Assembly (NCBI GenBank): GCA_949299535.1
Contig: CASGAQ010000002.1
Location: 39,790-103,789 of the forward strand
Length of the DNA stretch: 64,000 bases
Origin: an uncultured Eubacteriales bacterium
GTDB taxonomy: Bacteria; Bacillota; Clostridia; Oscillospirales; CAG-272
Reading direction: 5' to 3'
How positions within the stretch are numbered: the first letter of the stretch is position 1; each line of letters starts with the position of its first letter. Below, piece by piece: positions 1 to 9,713 of the stretch. Made by a program: the position numbers and the translations under genes. Below the pieces are notes generated by a model. The model did no database searches, was not told the DNA's origin, and saw only the letters and a program-made list of their open reading frames with translations.

Positions 1-1
1 C

Positions 2-616
2 GGCGCGGGAAAGACGACTATCACAAACCTTATCAACCGATTCTACGATATCGCGGACGGCAAGATACGTTACGACGGTATCAATATCAATAAGATAAAG
101 AAAGCGGATCTTCGGCGTTCTCTGGGTGTTGTGCTTCAGGAAACGAATCTTTTCACCGGCACGGTAAGAGATAATATACGTTACGGTAAGCTTGACGCGA
201 CCGATGAAGAAGTTGTAGCTGCGGCAAGGCTTGCAAACGCTCATGAATTTATCGAACGTTTGCCGCAGGGTTATGATACGATGCTCACAGGCGGCGGCGC
301 TAATCTTTCTCAGGGTCAGCGCCAGCTCATAGCAATAGCAAGAGCCGCAGTTGCCGACCCTCCCGTTATGATATTGGACGAGGCAACATCGAGTATAGAC
401 ACGCGCACCGAGGCTATTGTGCAGGCGGGAATGGATTCGCTTATGTACGGCAGAACGGTCTTTGTTATCGCGCACAGACTTTCGACTGTCCGCAATTCCG
501 ACGTTATAATGGTGCTTGAACGCGGACGTATAATAGAACGCGGAAACCATGAAAAACTTATCGCCCAAAAGGGCAAATATTATCAGCTTTATACAGGCGC
601 TTTTGAGCTTGAATAA
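2..616 (+). CDS. ABC transporter ATP-binding domain, 3' part of a fused permease/ATPase exporter (5' end outside window)
   Basis: The frame is open to the window edge. Translation from nt 2 gives Walker A GAGKTT, then signature LSQGQRQ, Walker B MILDEATS and H-loop IAHRLST. Confidence 0.9.
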   Translation, partial: GAGKTTITNLINRFYDIADGKIRYDGININKIKKADLRRSLGVVLQETNLFTGTVRDNIRYGKLDATDEEVVAAARLANAHEFIERLPQGYDTMLTGGGANLSQGQRQLIAIARAAVADPPVMILDEATSSIDTRTEAIVQAGMDSLMYGRTVFVIAHRLSTVRNSDVIMVLERGRIIERGNHEKLIAQKGKYYQLYTGAFELE

Positions 617-646
617 TTTTAAATTTTCAGAAATCAGGTGTGAACA

Positions 647-1483
647 ATGAAAAGAATAGTTACAATACAGGATATTTCCTGTGTGGGCAAATGCTCGCTT
701 ACGGTTGCGCTTCCTATAATCTCTGCCATGGGAACGGAAGCCGCCGTTATTCCTACGGCAGTACTCTCCACTCATACGGCTTTTAAAAAATTTACGTTCT
801 GCGATCTCACAAAAGAGATAACTCCCATATGCGAGCATTGGAAGAACACAGGAATCGGTTTTGACGCCATTTATACGGGCTATCTCGGTTCTTTTGAGCA
901 GATCGAGCTTACGGAAAAGCTTATAGCCGATTTTAAGACAGAGAACAGTTTGACTCTCGTAGATCCTGCTATGGCGGACGGAGGCAAACTCTACGCCGGA
1001 TTTACCGTTGATTTTGCAAAGCGCATGAGCCTGCTTTGTTCAAAAGCCGATATCATCGTTCCCAATATTACTGAAGCTTCGTTTATGCTCGGTGTTCCCT
1101 ATATAGAAGAGGGTTATGATGAGGAATATATCAAAGATATCCTTAAAAAACTCACGGACCTCGGATGCAAAACAGCCGTACTCACGGGCGTAAGCTTTGA
1201 GAAAGACAAGATAGGCGTAATGTCATATAACAGTGAAAGCGGTAAATATTTCTCGTATTTCCGTGAGAGAATCCCCGAAAGCTTCCATGGTACGGGCGAT
1301 GTTTTTGCTTCCACTTTCTTGGGCGCGCTCATGCGCGGCAGAAGCGTCGACGATGCACTCAAAGTTGCCACCGACTTTACAGTTGAGAGTATTAAAGCTA
1401 CTGTCGGCAATGCTCCTGACAGAAAATACGGCGTAAACTTCGAAGAAGTCGTTCCTTATCTCGTTTCCAGAATGGATAAATAA
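647..1483 (+). CDS. pdxK: pyridoxamine/pyridoxal kinase
   Basis: 278 aa. N-terminus IQDISCVGKCSLTVALPI and C-terminal GTGDVFAS anion-hole motif are typical of PdxK/PdxY ribokinase-fold kinases. RBS aggtg lies upstream. Confidence 0.85.
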   Translation: MKRIVTIQDISCVGKCSLTVALPIISAMGTEAAVIPTAVLSTHTAFKKFTFCDLTKEITPICEHWKNTGIGFDAIYTGYLGSFEQIELTEKLIADFKTENSLTLVDPAMADGGKLYAGFTVDFAKRMSLLCSKADIIVPNITEASFMLGVPYIEEGYDEEYIKDILKKLTDLGCKTAVLTGVSFEKDKIGVMSYNSESGKYFSYFRERIPESFHGTGDVFASTFLGALMRGRSVDDALKVATDFTVESIKATVGNAPDRKYGVNFEEVVPYLVSRMDK

Positions 1484-1491
1484 ACTTAAAA

Positions 1492-1526
1492 AATACCGAT
1501 GTTCTAAAGAAACATCGGTATTTTTA
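1492..1526 (+). terminator. intrinsic terminator after pdxK
   Basis: 12-bp stem aataccgatgtt/aacatcggtatt followed by a T-run. Confidence 0.8.
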
Positions 1527-1662
1527 TGTATTTTCGTCATTTTTTCTCTGTTAATAATTTCTTAAAACATTTTTCGATTGTTTCTTAATCGGGCTTGATA
1601 TATAATACTTTTGACAATAATATACAAGTAAATTTAAGGTATTTTTATTAAAGGAGAGGACC

Positions 1663-2922
1663 ATGGAATTTTTAGAAACTGCCGCACGCATTATAGGAAT
1701 ATTGTTTTTTATATGCTATTTTTATCAGATAGTTTATATAGCTGTACCGTTCTTTAAGAAACGAAAAGAAGTAAACAAAGCAAAAGCCAATTCTTTCGCG
1801 GTGCTTATCTGCGCCAGAAACGAGGAAAATGTAATATGCGAACTTATAGAAAGCATAAAGAGACAAACATATGACAAAAAACTTATAAAGGTATTCGTCA
1901 TGGCGGACAACTGTACGGATTCGACCGCGAAACGCGCAAGAGAGTCCGGTGCCGTCGTATATGAAAGATATGATAAAAAACTTGTGGGCAAGGGATACGC
2001 TTTAAACGCGCTGCTTGAAAATATATCCCGCGACTATCCCGAAAAATTCGACGGTTATTTTGTTTTCGATGCGGACAACCTCCTTGACGAGGATTATATC
2101 GAAAACATGAACCGCGTTTTTTCCGATGGATACGACATAGTGACAAGTTACAGAAATTCCAAAAATTTCGGCGACAACTGGATATCCGCAGGATATGCTC
2201 TGTGGTTTTTGCGCGAATCGAAATATCTGAATGAAGCGAGAATGTTATCCGGGACAAGCTGTGCCGTTTCCGGCACGGGTTTCATGTTCAGCAGCAAGAT
2301 ACTTGAAGAGCAGGGTTTTTGGCCGTTCCATCTTCTCACCGAGGATATCGAATTTTCAGTGCATCATATTCTTAAAGGCTATAAGATAGGTTTTGCGGAC
2401 GCTGTGCTTTACGATGAACAACCCACGACATTTGCTCAGTCATGGCGTCAGAGAATGAGATGGGCCTGCGGATTTTTGCAGGTTTTCAAAAAATACGGAA
2501 AAAAACTCGCTTCCGGTATGGCGCAGGGAAGCTTTTCGTGTTATGATATGTGTATGAATATTATGCCTGCTCTCGTGCTGACGCTTGCAAGTCTTGTTAT
2601 CAACGTCATTCTCATCTGCATGGGAATTGCGAGCGGAGATATGCTTCTTGCTTTGACGACATTGCTCAAAACTTTTACACGGCTTTATCTCGCAGTATTT
2701 GCCGTGGGAATTATAACGCTTATAACGGAATGGAAGCGCATATATGTCAGCGTGCCGAAAAAGATATTGTATGCGTTTACCTTTCCTTTGTTCATGGCTA
2801 CTTATATTCCGATTTCGATAGCGGCTTTTTTCAAAAAGAATCCGGAATGGAAGCCTATAATACACCATAAAAAAGCTACTTCGGTTCCCGCGCGCTTGGA
2901 CAGCGGCATAAAAATACAATAA
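1663..2922 (+). CDS. membrane-embedded family 2 glycosyltransferase, processive synthase type (PgaC/IcaA/cellulose-synthase-like)
   Basis: 419 aa. N-terminal TM helix, CARNEE, DxD (FDADN), TED, and the QxxRW-type motif RQRMRW, followed by about 4 C-terminal TM helices. RBS aaaggagagg. Confidence 0.85.
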   Translation: MEFLETAARIIGILFFICYFYQIVYIAVPFFKKRKEVNKAKANSFAVLICARNEENVICELIESIKRQTYDKKLIKVFVMADNCTDSTAKRARESGAVVYERYDKKLVGKGYALNALLENISRDYPEKFDGYFVFDADNLLDEDYIENMNRVFSDGYDIVTSYRNSKNFGDNWISAGYALWFLRESKYLNEARMLSGTSCAVSGTGFMFSSKILEEQGFWPFHLLTEDIEFSVHHILKGYKIGFADAVLYDEQPTTFAQSWRQRMRWACGFLQVFKKYGKKLASGMAQGSFSCYDMCMNIMPALVLTLASLVINVILICMGIASGDMLLALTTLLKTFTRLYLAVFAVGIITLITEWKRIYVSVPKKILYAFTFPLFMATYIPISIAAFFKKNPEWKPIIHHKKATSVPARLDSGIKIQ

Positions 2923-2933
2923 AAAAGAGGTGT

Positions 2934-3635
2934 ATCATCATATATAACATTCTTATCTGCGATGATGAAAAAGATATCGTCAACGCGCTCAAACTTTATC
3001 TTGCGGCAGAGGGATACGGAGTTTTCGCCGCTTATAACGGCAAGGAAGCATTGGATATCGTTTGCCGAGAAGAAGTACATCTTGTCCTTCTTGATATAAT
3101 GATGCCGCAAATGGACGGTATTACCGCAACGACAAAGATCCGAGAGATATCAAATGTGCCGATAATACTGCTTACTGCAAAGTCTGAGGATACGGATAAG
3201 GTTTTGGGGCTTAATATAGGTGCGGATGACTATATAACAAAACCGTTCAATCCGGTAGAAGTCATGGCCCGCGTCCGTTCGAACATACGCCGATATACAC
3301 AGCTCGGAGGCGGCGAGGTAAGACCTTCGCGCATACGCATAGGCAGTATAACTCTTGATGACAGCGAAAAATCCGTATACCTTGACGGAGATATCGTCGC
3401 GCTCACTCCTCGTGAATACGATATTTTGAAACTGTTCATGAAGAATCCCGGAATGGTTTTTTCTCCTAAGGATATATACCGCAAAGTTTGGGGAGAGATC
3501 CCGATAAACGCGGAAAATGCCGTAGCGGTACATATACGTCATCTGCGCGAAAAACTTGAGATAGATCCTGCCGAACCTCGATATATAAAAGTCGTTTGGG
3601 GACAGGGTTACAAGATCGAAAGGGACGCAAAATGA
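2934..3635 (+). CDS. OmpR/PhoB-family response regulator (start codon uncertain, no canonical start available)
   Basis: Receiver domain (ILICDDE...LLDIMMP...LTAK) plus winged-helix output (YIKVVWGQGYK). The frame opens at 2871 and has no ATG/GTG/TTG before the CDDE acidic pocket. RBS aagagg at 2925-2930 precedes ATC/ATC/ATA codons at 2934-2942. Confidence 0.8.
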   Translation: MIIYNILICDDEKDIVNALKLYLAAEGYGVFAAYNGKEALDIVCREEVHLVLLDIMMPQMDGITATTKIREISNVPIILLTAKSEDTDKVLGLNIGADDYITKPFNPVEVMARVRSNIRRYTQLGGGEVRPSRIRIGSITLDDSEKSVYLDGDIVALTPREYDILKLFMKNPGMVFSPKDIYRKVWGEIPINAENAVAVHIRHLREKLEIDPAEPRYIKVVWGQGYKIERDAK

Positions 3636-5656
3636 AAAAATTCAAATCGAGTCTTACCGCCAAGATATGCGCTTGGATATTGCTTGCGCTTTTTGTATTG
3701 CTGTTTTCTGTCAGCGTCGCGGGCGTTACGGTTCTTGTCGGCTCGCAGGCGTATTTCGACGGCGGAAGAAACCTGAGGAAGATAGTTGCCAACGAAGTTT
3801 TTTCTTTTGACCGTCACAGAATATCTCTTTACGCAGAGAGCGTGCTTCAAGGCGAGGAAGACATCGCTCAATACGGATATGATGAGATATACGATCCCAA
3901 GAACAGCAATATCTTTTTCTCGGTCGAAAATGAAAACGGAGAAGTGATTATCGATCACATGGACAATGTCGATTGGTGTGAAAAGATAGAATACGAGAGT
4001 TTTTATCATATCATCAATACCGATGGCGAGCCGAAAATAAATGAGATGATTGAATATTTCTCTACGTACGAAGAAGCTGTCCGGTTTACCACATCAGAAG
4101 ATTCTAAAATGATATATGATAAAAGTATAGTTACAACCGAAAACGGATATAAAGCGACCATCAGATATTATGATATCGGCAATTATACCGTAAAGGCGTT
4201 TATACGTTCGGACTTTACAGCGAAAGATAAGTATTATTATACTCTGAGTGCGGTGAACATACTTACTGAAATGCGTTTTGCGATAATTTTCATAGGACTT
4301 GCTTCTGCCGTCATATGCCTTGTCATAATGATATTTCTGTGTTCGGCGGCAGGGCATAAAGCCGGAAGCGAAGAAATATATCTTTCGCGTATCCATCGTA
4401 TACCGTTAGATCTTTATGCGGCTGTTTGCATATCATGCTCAATATTCTCGATAAGTATGTTTTTTAACAAAATTTTCGACGGCTCTCTTACACTCGGACT
4501 TATTATCGTTCTTCTCTTGCCTTTTTGCGCCGTTTTGCCGGCGTCGGTAGCCGTGACATTTGCGGCAAGATTAAAAAAAGGCGGCTGGTGGAGAAATACG
4601 CTGATATATAAATTTTTCGCTTTGATATTCAGAGTGCTCAAATATATCGTTGTGAATCTGCCGTTTTACTGGAAAGCTATAATGCTTATCTGCGCCGTTA
4701 AGATAGTAGAATTTATCTTTATTTTGGAAAGAAATGTATATCCGATATTTTGGCTCTTGGAATCTTTTGTATTGATAGCTGTCGTTATATATGCCGTAGT
4801 ATCGCTCAGAAAATTACAGAAAGCCGCTTCCGAGATAGCAAAGGGAGATCTCGAATACCGCGTAGATGTGCGCGGCATGACTCATTCGCTCAGGAGCCAC
4901 GGAGAAAATCTCAACAATATAAGCAACGGTCTTAAAGCGGCTCTTGACGAGCGCGTTAAAAGCGAGCGCATGAAAGCGGAACTTATAACGAATGTTTCTC
5001 ACGATATAAAAACGCCTCTTACGTCGATAGTAAATTACATAGGTCTGCTAAGGCGCGACGGATTGGCTTCAGCTTCTGCTCCCGAATATCTCGACGTGCT
5101 TGAAAATCAAGCCGTACGACTTAAAAAACTGACTGAGGACCTTATCGAAGCTTCAAAAGCTTCATCAGGCTGTATCGCAGTGAATGCGGAAAACACAGAC
5201 GTAAACGTTCTTCTTTCGCAGGCGGCGGCAGAATACGACGAGAGATTCTCCGAAAACTCTCTGGAACTTGTTATGAATCTTTCCGATAAAGCGCCGGTTA
5301 TATTTGCCGACGGAAGGCTTATGTGGCGCGTTTTTGACAATCTTTTCAACAACATCTGCAAATACGCGTTGAAAGGCACTCGGATATACATTAAATCTGA
5401 TATAAAAGACAACAGGTGCGTTATAGTGTTCAGCAATATTTCAGCGGCGCCGCTGAATATTTCCGGCGAGGAACTTGTAGAGCGTTTTGTGCGCGGAGAT
5501 GCTTCGCGCAATACGGAGGGAAGCGGCTTAGGTCTTTCCATAGCTCAAAGCCTTATAGAGCTTCAGGGCGGAACATTCAAAATAAAGATAGATGCAGACC
5601 TTTTTAAAGCCGAGATGACATTTGAAAACGTTGCGGCTGACAAGGAGCAGTCCTGA
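3632..5656 (+). CDS. sensor histidine kinase (two TM regions, large extracytoplasmic domain, HAMP, HisKA, HATPase)
   Basis: ATG overlaps the regulator stop (ATGA). H-box SHDIKTPLTSI, N-box NNICKYA, G-box GSGLGLSIAQ. Confidence 0.9.
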   Translation: MKKFKSSLTAKICAWILLALFVLLFSVSVAGVTVLVGSQAYFDGGRNLRKIVANEVFSFDRHRISLYAESVLQGEEDIAQYGYDEIYDPKNSNIFFSVENENGEVIIDHMDNVDWCEKIEYESFYHIINTDGEPKINEMIEYFSTYEEAVRFTTSEDSKMIYDKSIVTTENGYKATIRYYDIGNYTVKAFIRSDFTAKDKYYYTLSAVNILTEMRFAIIFIGLASAVICLVIMIFLCSAAGHKAGSEEIYLSRIHRIPLDLYAAVCISCSIFSISMFFNKIFDGSLTLGLIIVLLLPFCAVLPASVAVTFAARLKKGGWWRNTLIYKFFALIFRVLKYIVVNLPFYWKAIMLICAVKIVEFIFILERNVYPIFWLLESFVLIAVVIYAVVSLRKLQKAASEIAKGDLEYRVDVRGMTHSLRSHGENLNNISNGLKAALDERVKSERMKAELITNVSHDIKTPLTSIVNYIGLLRRDGLASASAPEYLDVLENQAVRLKKLTEDLIEASKASSGCIAVNAENTDVNVLLSQAAAEYDERFSENSLELVMNLSDKAPVIFADGRLMWRVFDNLFNNICKYALKGTRIYIKSDIKDNRCVIVFSNISAAPLNISGEELVERFVRGDASRNTEGSGLGLSIAQSLIELQGGTFKIKIDADLFKAEMTFENVAADKEQS

Positions 5657-5785
5657 AAAAACCCAAAAATTATGTTGACATGTACGAGTTATTAGTGTAT
5701 ATTAGTTGTAAGATTTAAAATTATGTGTTTTAAATTTAGAATAATAATGTATACGAATTTTTGCGTATATTTTTCGGAGGTAAAA

Positions 5786-6916
5786 ATGTTAGTTAAAAAA
5801 CCGCCAATGGGATGGAACTCATGGAACACATTCACATCAGACATCAATGAAGAGATGATCATGCAGACAGCTGATGTTATGGTAGATAAAGGGCTTCTCC
5901 AATCAGGTTACGAATACCTTACCATCGACGACTGCTGGTGTGAGATGGAACGCGATGCCAACGGAAATCTTGTTGCAGACGCAAAAAAATTCCCACACGG
6001 CATGAAATATGTTGCTGACTATGTTCATTCAAAAGGTCTTAAATTCGGTATGTATACATGTTGCGGTCCCAAGACATGTGCCGGATATCCCGGAAGCTTC
6101 GGATATGAATTTAAAGATGCGGAATATTTCGCAAATGTAGGCGTTGACTTTCTTAAATATGACAACTGCTATCACCCGTCTACACCTGCCATGCTTCGCT
6201 ATAACAGAATGTCTATGGCTCTCAAAGCGACCGGCAGAGATATCGTTTTCTCTGCGTGCAACTGGGGCGGCGAAAAAGTATGGCAGTGGGCTCGTTCCGT
6301 CGGCGCGCATATGTACCGCACGACAGGAGATATAACAGATACTTTTGAATCTATACGCAAACTCTCTGAAAGCCAGATTGAGAACCTTGCTTATTCTGCG
6401 CCCGGCTCTTTTAACGATATAGATATGCTTGTATGCGGACTTTACGGAAAGGGCAATATAGGTTTCGGCAATGGTTGCACGGAATCGCAGTATCGTTATC
6501 ATTTTGCTCTGTGGTGTATGTTTATGTCGCCTCTTATGATAGGTTGCGATATTCGCAATATGAGCGAGGAAACGTATAAGCTCATCACAAACAAAGAGCT
6601 TATAGCAATAAATCAGGACGCAGAGGGACGTCCGCCCATGTTTGTTAAAGACAATCACGGTATGCCCGATAATATCATATGCTTCCGCCATCTTGCAAAC
6701 GGCGAATACGCTATCGGATTCTTCAATCCGTATGAAAAAGAAACTACAATTATGCTTCCTTATTTCGAGATAGGACTTGATCCTCTCTGCGGCTACGGTT
6801 TTGAAATTACCGATTGCTTTACGGGAGAAAATCTCGGCGTAAAGAGAGATTATTTTGAAGCGACCGTTCCAGCTCAGGACTGCTGCGTATTCCGTGCGAA
6901 AATAGTAAAGCTTTGA
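5786..6916 (+). CDS. alpha-galactosidase, GH27 family, no signal peptide
   Basis: PPMGWNSWN, DDCW and LKYDNC motifs. RBS ggagg lies 6 nt upstream of the ATG at 5786. The ORF-track start at 5723 is rejected because it has no RBS. Confidence 0.88.
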   Translation: MLVKKPPMGWNSWNTFTSDINEEMIMQTADVMVDKGLLQSGYEYLTIDDCWCEMERDANGNLVADAKKFPHGMKYVADYVHSKGLKFGMYTCCGPKTCAGYPGSFGYEFKDAEYFANVGVDFLKYDNCYHPSTPAMLRYNRMSMALKATGRDIVFSACNWGGEKVWQWARSVGAHMYRTTGDITDTFESIRKLSESQIENLAYSAPGSFNDIDMLVCGLYGKGNIGFGNGCTESQYRYHFALWCMFMSPLMIGCDIRNMSEETYKLITNKELIAINQDAEGRPPMFVKDNHGMPDNIICFRHLANGEYAIGFFNPYEKETTIMLPYFEIGLDPLCGYGFEITDCFTGENLGVKRDYFEATVPAQDCCVFRAKIVKL

Positions 6917-6923
6917 TTTCTAT

Positions 6924-7115
6924 ATGACTTGCTGTAAAGAATGCGGGAAGATCCTCGGCATAGACGACATAGCCATATATCGTCGCCTTATACACCGCGA
7001 AGCGGAGGAATTTCTTTGCAGAAATTGTCTTGCGGATTTTCTTAAGGTCGATGTAGGCGAAATAAACGATAAGATAGAGTACTTCAAAAGAATCGGCTGC
7101 ACCCTTTTCAAATAA
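6924..7115 (+). CDS. small Cys-rich protein (CxxC...CxxC...GC), unknown function
   Basis: 63 aa with CKEC and CRNC pairs plus a terminal GCTLF. It starts 7 nt after the alpha-galactosidase stop. No obvious RBS, so translation is uncertain. Confidence 0.45.
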   Translation: MTCCKECGKILGIDDIAIYRRLIHREAEEFLCRNCLADFLKVDVGEINDKIEYFKRIGCTLFK

Positions 7116-7141
7116 ACTCCGTTTTAAAAATCAGATAGGAT

Positions 7142-7180
7142 ATGACTCGTTTCCGAAAAGAAGTTTCGGAAACGAGTCAT
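7142..7180 (+). terminator. strong hairpin after the small Cys-rich ORF
   Basis: 17-bp stem atgactcgtttccgaaa/tttcggaaacgagtcat. The trailing T-run is weak. Confidence 0.6.
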
Positions 7181-7298
7181 TAAAAATTTATTTGCCTTGA
7201 ACAATTATGAGAAAAACAGGTGTTTTAAGCGACTTATAATAAACGGATTAATTTAAGTTAAAACATGATCTATCAAAGATCGTAGGGGATATTTATAA

Positions 7299-8990
7299 AT
7301 GGAAAAGACAAAAAATAATTTAAAAATAACCGATATTTTATTATCGGAAAAGGCCAAAGGGGCATACAGGCAGATACCGTCTGTTCTGTGTTGGCTCTAT
7401 GCGATATTAGCGCTTGCGGCAGTGCTTTATTATACGATATGGCCCGCGGAAGGATATTTTCATTCCGATTGTACCGATACTATTTATTGGGCGCAGGCGT
7501 CTGTTGACGGCGGCTCGGTGTTCAATTCGGATTTCGGCTATGCGGCGCTGCTTCCGTTCGGCGCTTCCGTTTGGCTCATCCCGCTTATAAATATGTTCGG
7601 AGTGACGATGACGACTCACGTTATCGGCATGGTGATTTTTGCGCTCTTATTTTTCCTTTCGATAATCTTCCTCTGCCGAAGTCTTGAATGGTCATGGAAT
7701 CTGACGCTTGTCTGCGCCGGTTCCTTTATGCTCCTGCTTTCTTCAAGCGACAAAATGCGCGAGATAATGTGGGGACACGTTATATATTACAGTCTCGGCT
7801 TACTTATTTTGTTTGTAGGTCTGGGACTTTTCTTTCGAATGTGCAAACATTTCGTGGCGGGCGGGTGCAAGAAGGCTTATATATACGCGGCGCTTCTTTT
7901 CGTTTTTATGACGCTTGGCGCGACAAACGGACTTCAGTGTATTGCGATATATACGCTTCCCATGATAGCTGCTATTGCGGCGGATATCTTTTTCAATTCA
8001 AAGGAAAAGATTATATCCGAATATAATAAGTATTACGGATTCGGCGCGCTTATTTTATGTGTGTCGATGTTGGCCGGTCTTGTTTTGCTCGGACTTTGGA
8101 AAGGAGATATCATTGCAGGATATGCAGAGGCATATTCGCTCCTTGACGAAGTATCTGATTGGATGGATAATCTTCTGAAATTTCCGGAGAGCTATTTTTC
8201 TCTCTTCGGCGTAACCGTTTCCGACGGAGCTTCGCTTTCGTCTGCGGAAACTATCGGAAGTCTTATAAAAGCGGTCGTATCTGTTGTTATTTTGGTTTTA
8301 CCTATAGTTTTGTTGTTTAACTATAAAAAAATCGAGGACAGACGCACGAAAATAATTTTGTGGGTACACATAGCTGTTTCTGCCGTTATTATGATAGGCT
8401 TTGTCTGCGGCAGGCTTTCTGCCGGAAACTGGCGTCTTATACCAATGGTGGGAACGTCAATACTTGCGTCTTTTGCCGCAGTCAAGACTATGTTTGAAAT
8501 GAAAGATTGCCTTATGACATGGCGGCGTCTTGCTGTTGTGATGATGATAATCCCCATAATGGGTTCTTTTGTAAATTTCAGAGAGATATCATCAATGCCA
8601 AAGGATTACGGGCGAGACAACAGTCTGCATCAGCTTGCGGAATTTCTTGAGGAGAAAGACCTTGAATACGGTTATGCGACATTCTGGAACTCTCAGGCGG
8701 TAACGCTTATTGCAGATTCCAATGTAAAAGTCAGATGTGTTACCGTTGACGGAAATAACGGTGTGGATATATACTTCTATCAGACGAACCGTAAATGGTA
8801 CGAAGACCAGGAGGGCGTGGACGATTATTTCGTTGCTCTTTCTTCTTATGAAACATCAGTCATCAGAAACAACGCAGAGTGGACGGAACTTAAACAAAAG
8901 TATCTTGTTCAAACTTATGAGTGCGGAGATTTCAATATATTTGTGTTTGACACAAATATATTTACAGTCCAGCTTGATTCGGCACAGTAA
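7299..8990 (+). CDS. polytopic membrane protein with C-terminal soluble domain, possibly a GT-C-fold glycosyltransferase
   Basis: 563 aa, about 12 hydrophobic segments. The acidic first-loop motif HSDCTDTIYW resembles the GT-C DxD/ExD loop. The C-terminal ~140 aa are hydrophilic. RBS tagggga. Confidence 0.6.
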   Translation: MEKTKNNLKITDILLSEKAKGAYRQIPSVLCWLYAILALAAVLYYTIWPAEGYFHSDCTDTIYWAQASVDGGSVFNSDFGYAALLPFGASVWLIPLINMFGVTMTTHVIGMVIFALLFFLSIIFLCRSLEWSWNLTLVCAGSFMLLLSSSDKMREIMWGHVIYYSLGLLILFVGLGLFFRMCKHFVAGGCKKAYIYAALLFVFMTLGATNGLQCIAIYTLPMIAAIAADIFFNSKEKIISEYNKYYGFGALILCVSMLAGLVLLGLWKGDIIAGYAEAYSLLDEVSDWMDNLLKFPESYFSLFGVTVSDGASLSSAETIGSLIKAVVSVVILVLPIVLLFNYKKIEDRRTKIILWVHIAVSAVIMIGFVCGRLSAGNWRLIPMVGTSILASFAAVKTMFEMKDCLMTWRRLAVVMMIIPIMGSFVNFREISSMPKDYGRDNSLHQLAEFLEEKDLEYGYATFWNSQAVTLIADSNVKVRCVTVDGNNGVDIYFYQTNRKWYEDQEGVDDYFVALSSYETSVIRNNAEWTELKQKYLVQTYECGDFNIFVFDTNIFTVQLDSAQ

Positions 8991-9005
8991 ATAATTATGG
9001 AAATT

Positions 9006-9035
9006 AAAAAATCCGCTCAACGAGCGGATTTTTTG
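9006..9035. terminator. bidirectional terminator between convergent genes
   Basis: Stem atccgctc/gagcggat flanked by an A-run and a T-run. Confidence 0.8.
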
Positions 9036-9054
9036 TGTGTTGCCTTGAATAACG

Positions 9055-9681
9055 CTAATTTAACTTTGAAAGAATAATAAGGAGTGTCCCTTTTGAAAGC
9101 GATATCCGTGCCTTGTCGGCTGTTATCTCGTTGCTTACGCCCAAAGGGAAGGAGTCAGTAAGAGAAGAGCCGCAAATCGGATATTTTACGCCTTCTGCGT
9201 AAATCCCCTCGGCTTTTTCTCCGTAAGAGAAAAGGGAAAGTGAATATCCTTCCTTTTTAGTTATAGATATTTCACCGGGATTCATAAGAAACGCTTCATT
9301 GTCACCGTCGGATATGACTGCTTTTATTCCGCGGCTCTCTGCATATGCCAAAGATTGTATGTTGGCGTATGTATGGTCGAGTCTGCCGGAAAGACCGCCG
9401 ACTATCGTTATTTCCGAAAAGCCGCGTTTTTCGGTTTCTTTTATGCAAAGCATTGTGTCCGTATCGTCTTTTTCACTCGGGAATTTGATAATGTCCGTAT
9501 CAGATGGAAATTCTTCCGCTTTGCCGGTGTCAAAATCACCGATAATAAGATCAGGCTTTATGTTTTCTGCCAAGGCTTTTGAAAACGAATTGTCCGCGCA
9601 GATTATGAGATCTTCTTTACCGATATCTACCGCTTCTTTGATCTGCGAAGTCAGACAAGGGGTGATGATAACTGCTTTCAT
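9055..9681 (-). CDS. thiN: thiamine diphosphokinase
   Basis: 208 aa. GDFDT, KDDTD and GGLSGRLDH motifs match the TPK family. Confidence 0.9.
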   Translation of the reverse strand: MKAVIITPCLTSQIKEAVDIGKEDLIICADNSFSKALAENIKPDLIIGDFDTGKAEEFPSDTDIIKFPSEKDDTDTMLCIKETEKRGFSEITIVGGLSGRLDHTYANIQSLAYAESRGIKAVISDGDNEAFLMNPGEISITKKEGYSLSLFSYGEKAEGIYAEGVKYPICGSSLTDSFPLGVSNEITADKARISLSKGTLLIILSKLN

Positions 9682-9713
9682 AATTATTATTTCTTTTGTG
9701 TCAGATGAAGTTT

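Noticed and set aside
3596-3631. Longer ORF-track starts for the histidine kinase (3596), alpha-galactosidase (5723), fabF (45874), accD (44145), purE (37982), fabG (46684), hrcA (10978) and grpE (12065)
   Set aside because: In each case an internal ATG is preceded by a good Shine-Dalgarno sequence and gives the N-terminus typical of the family. The extensions overlap upstream genes or regulatory elements such as the ZTP riboswitch and CIRCE.
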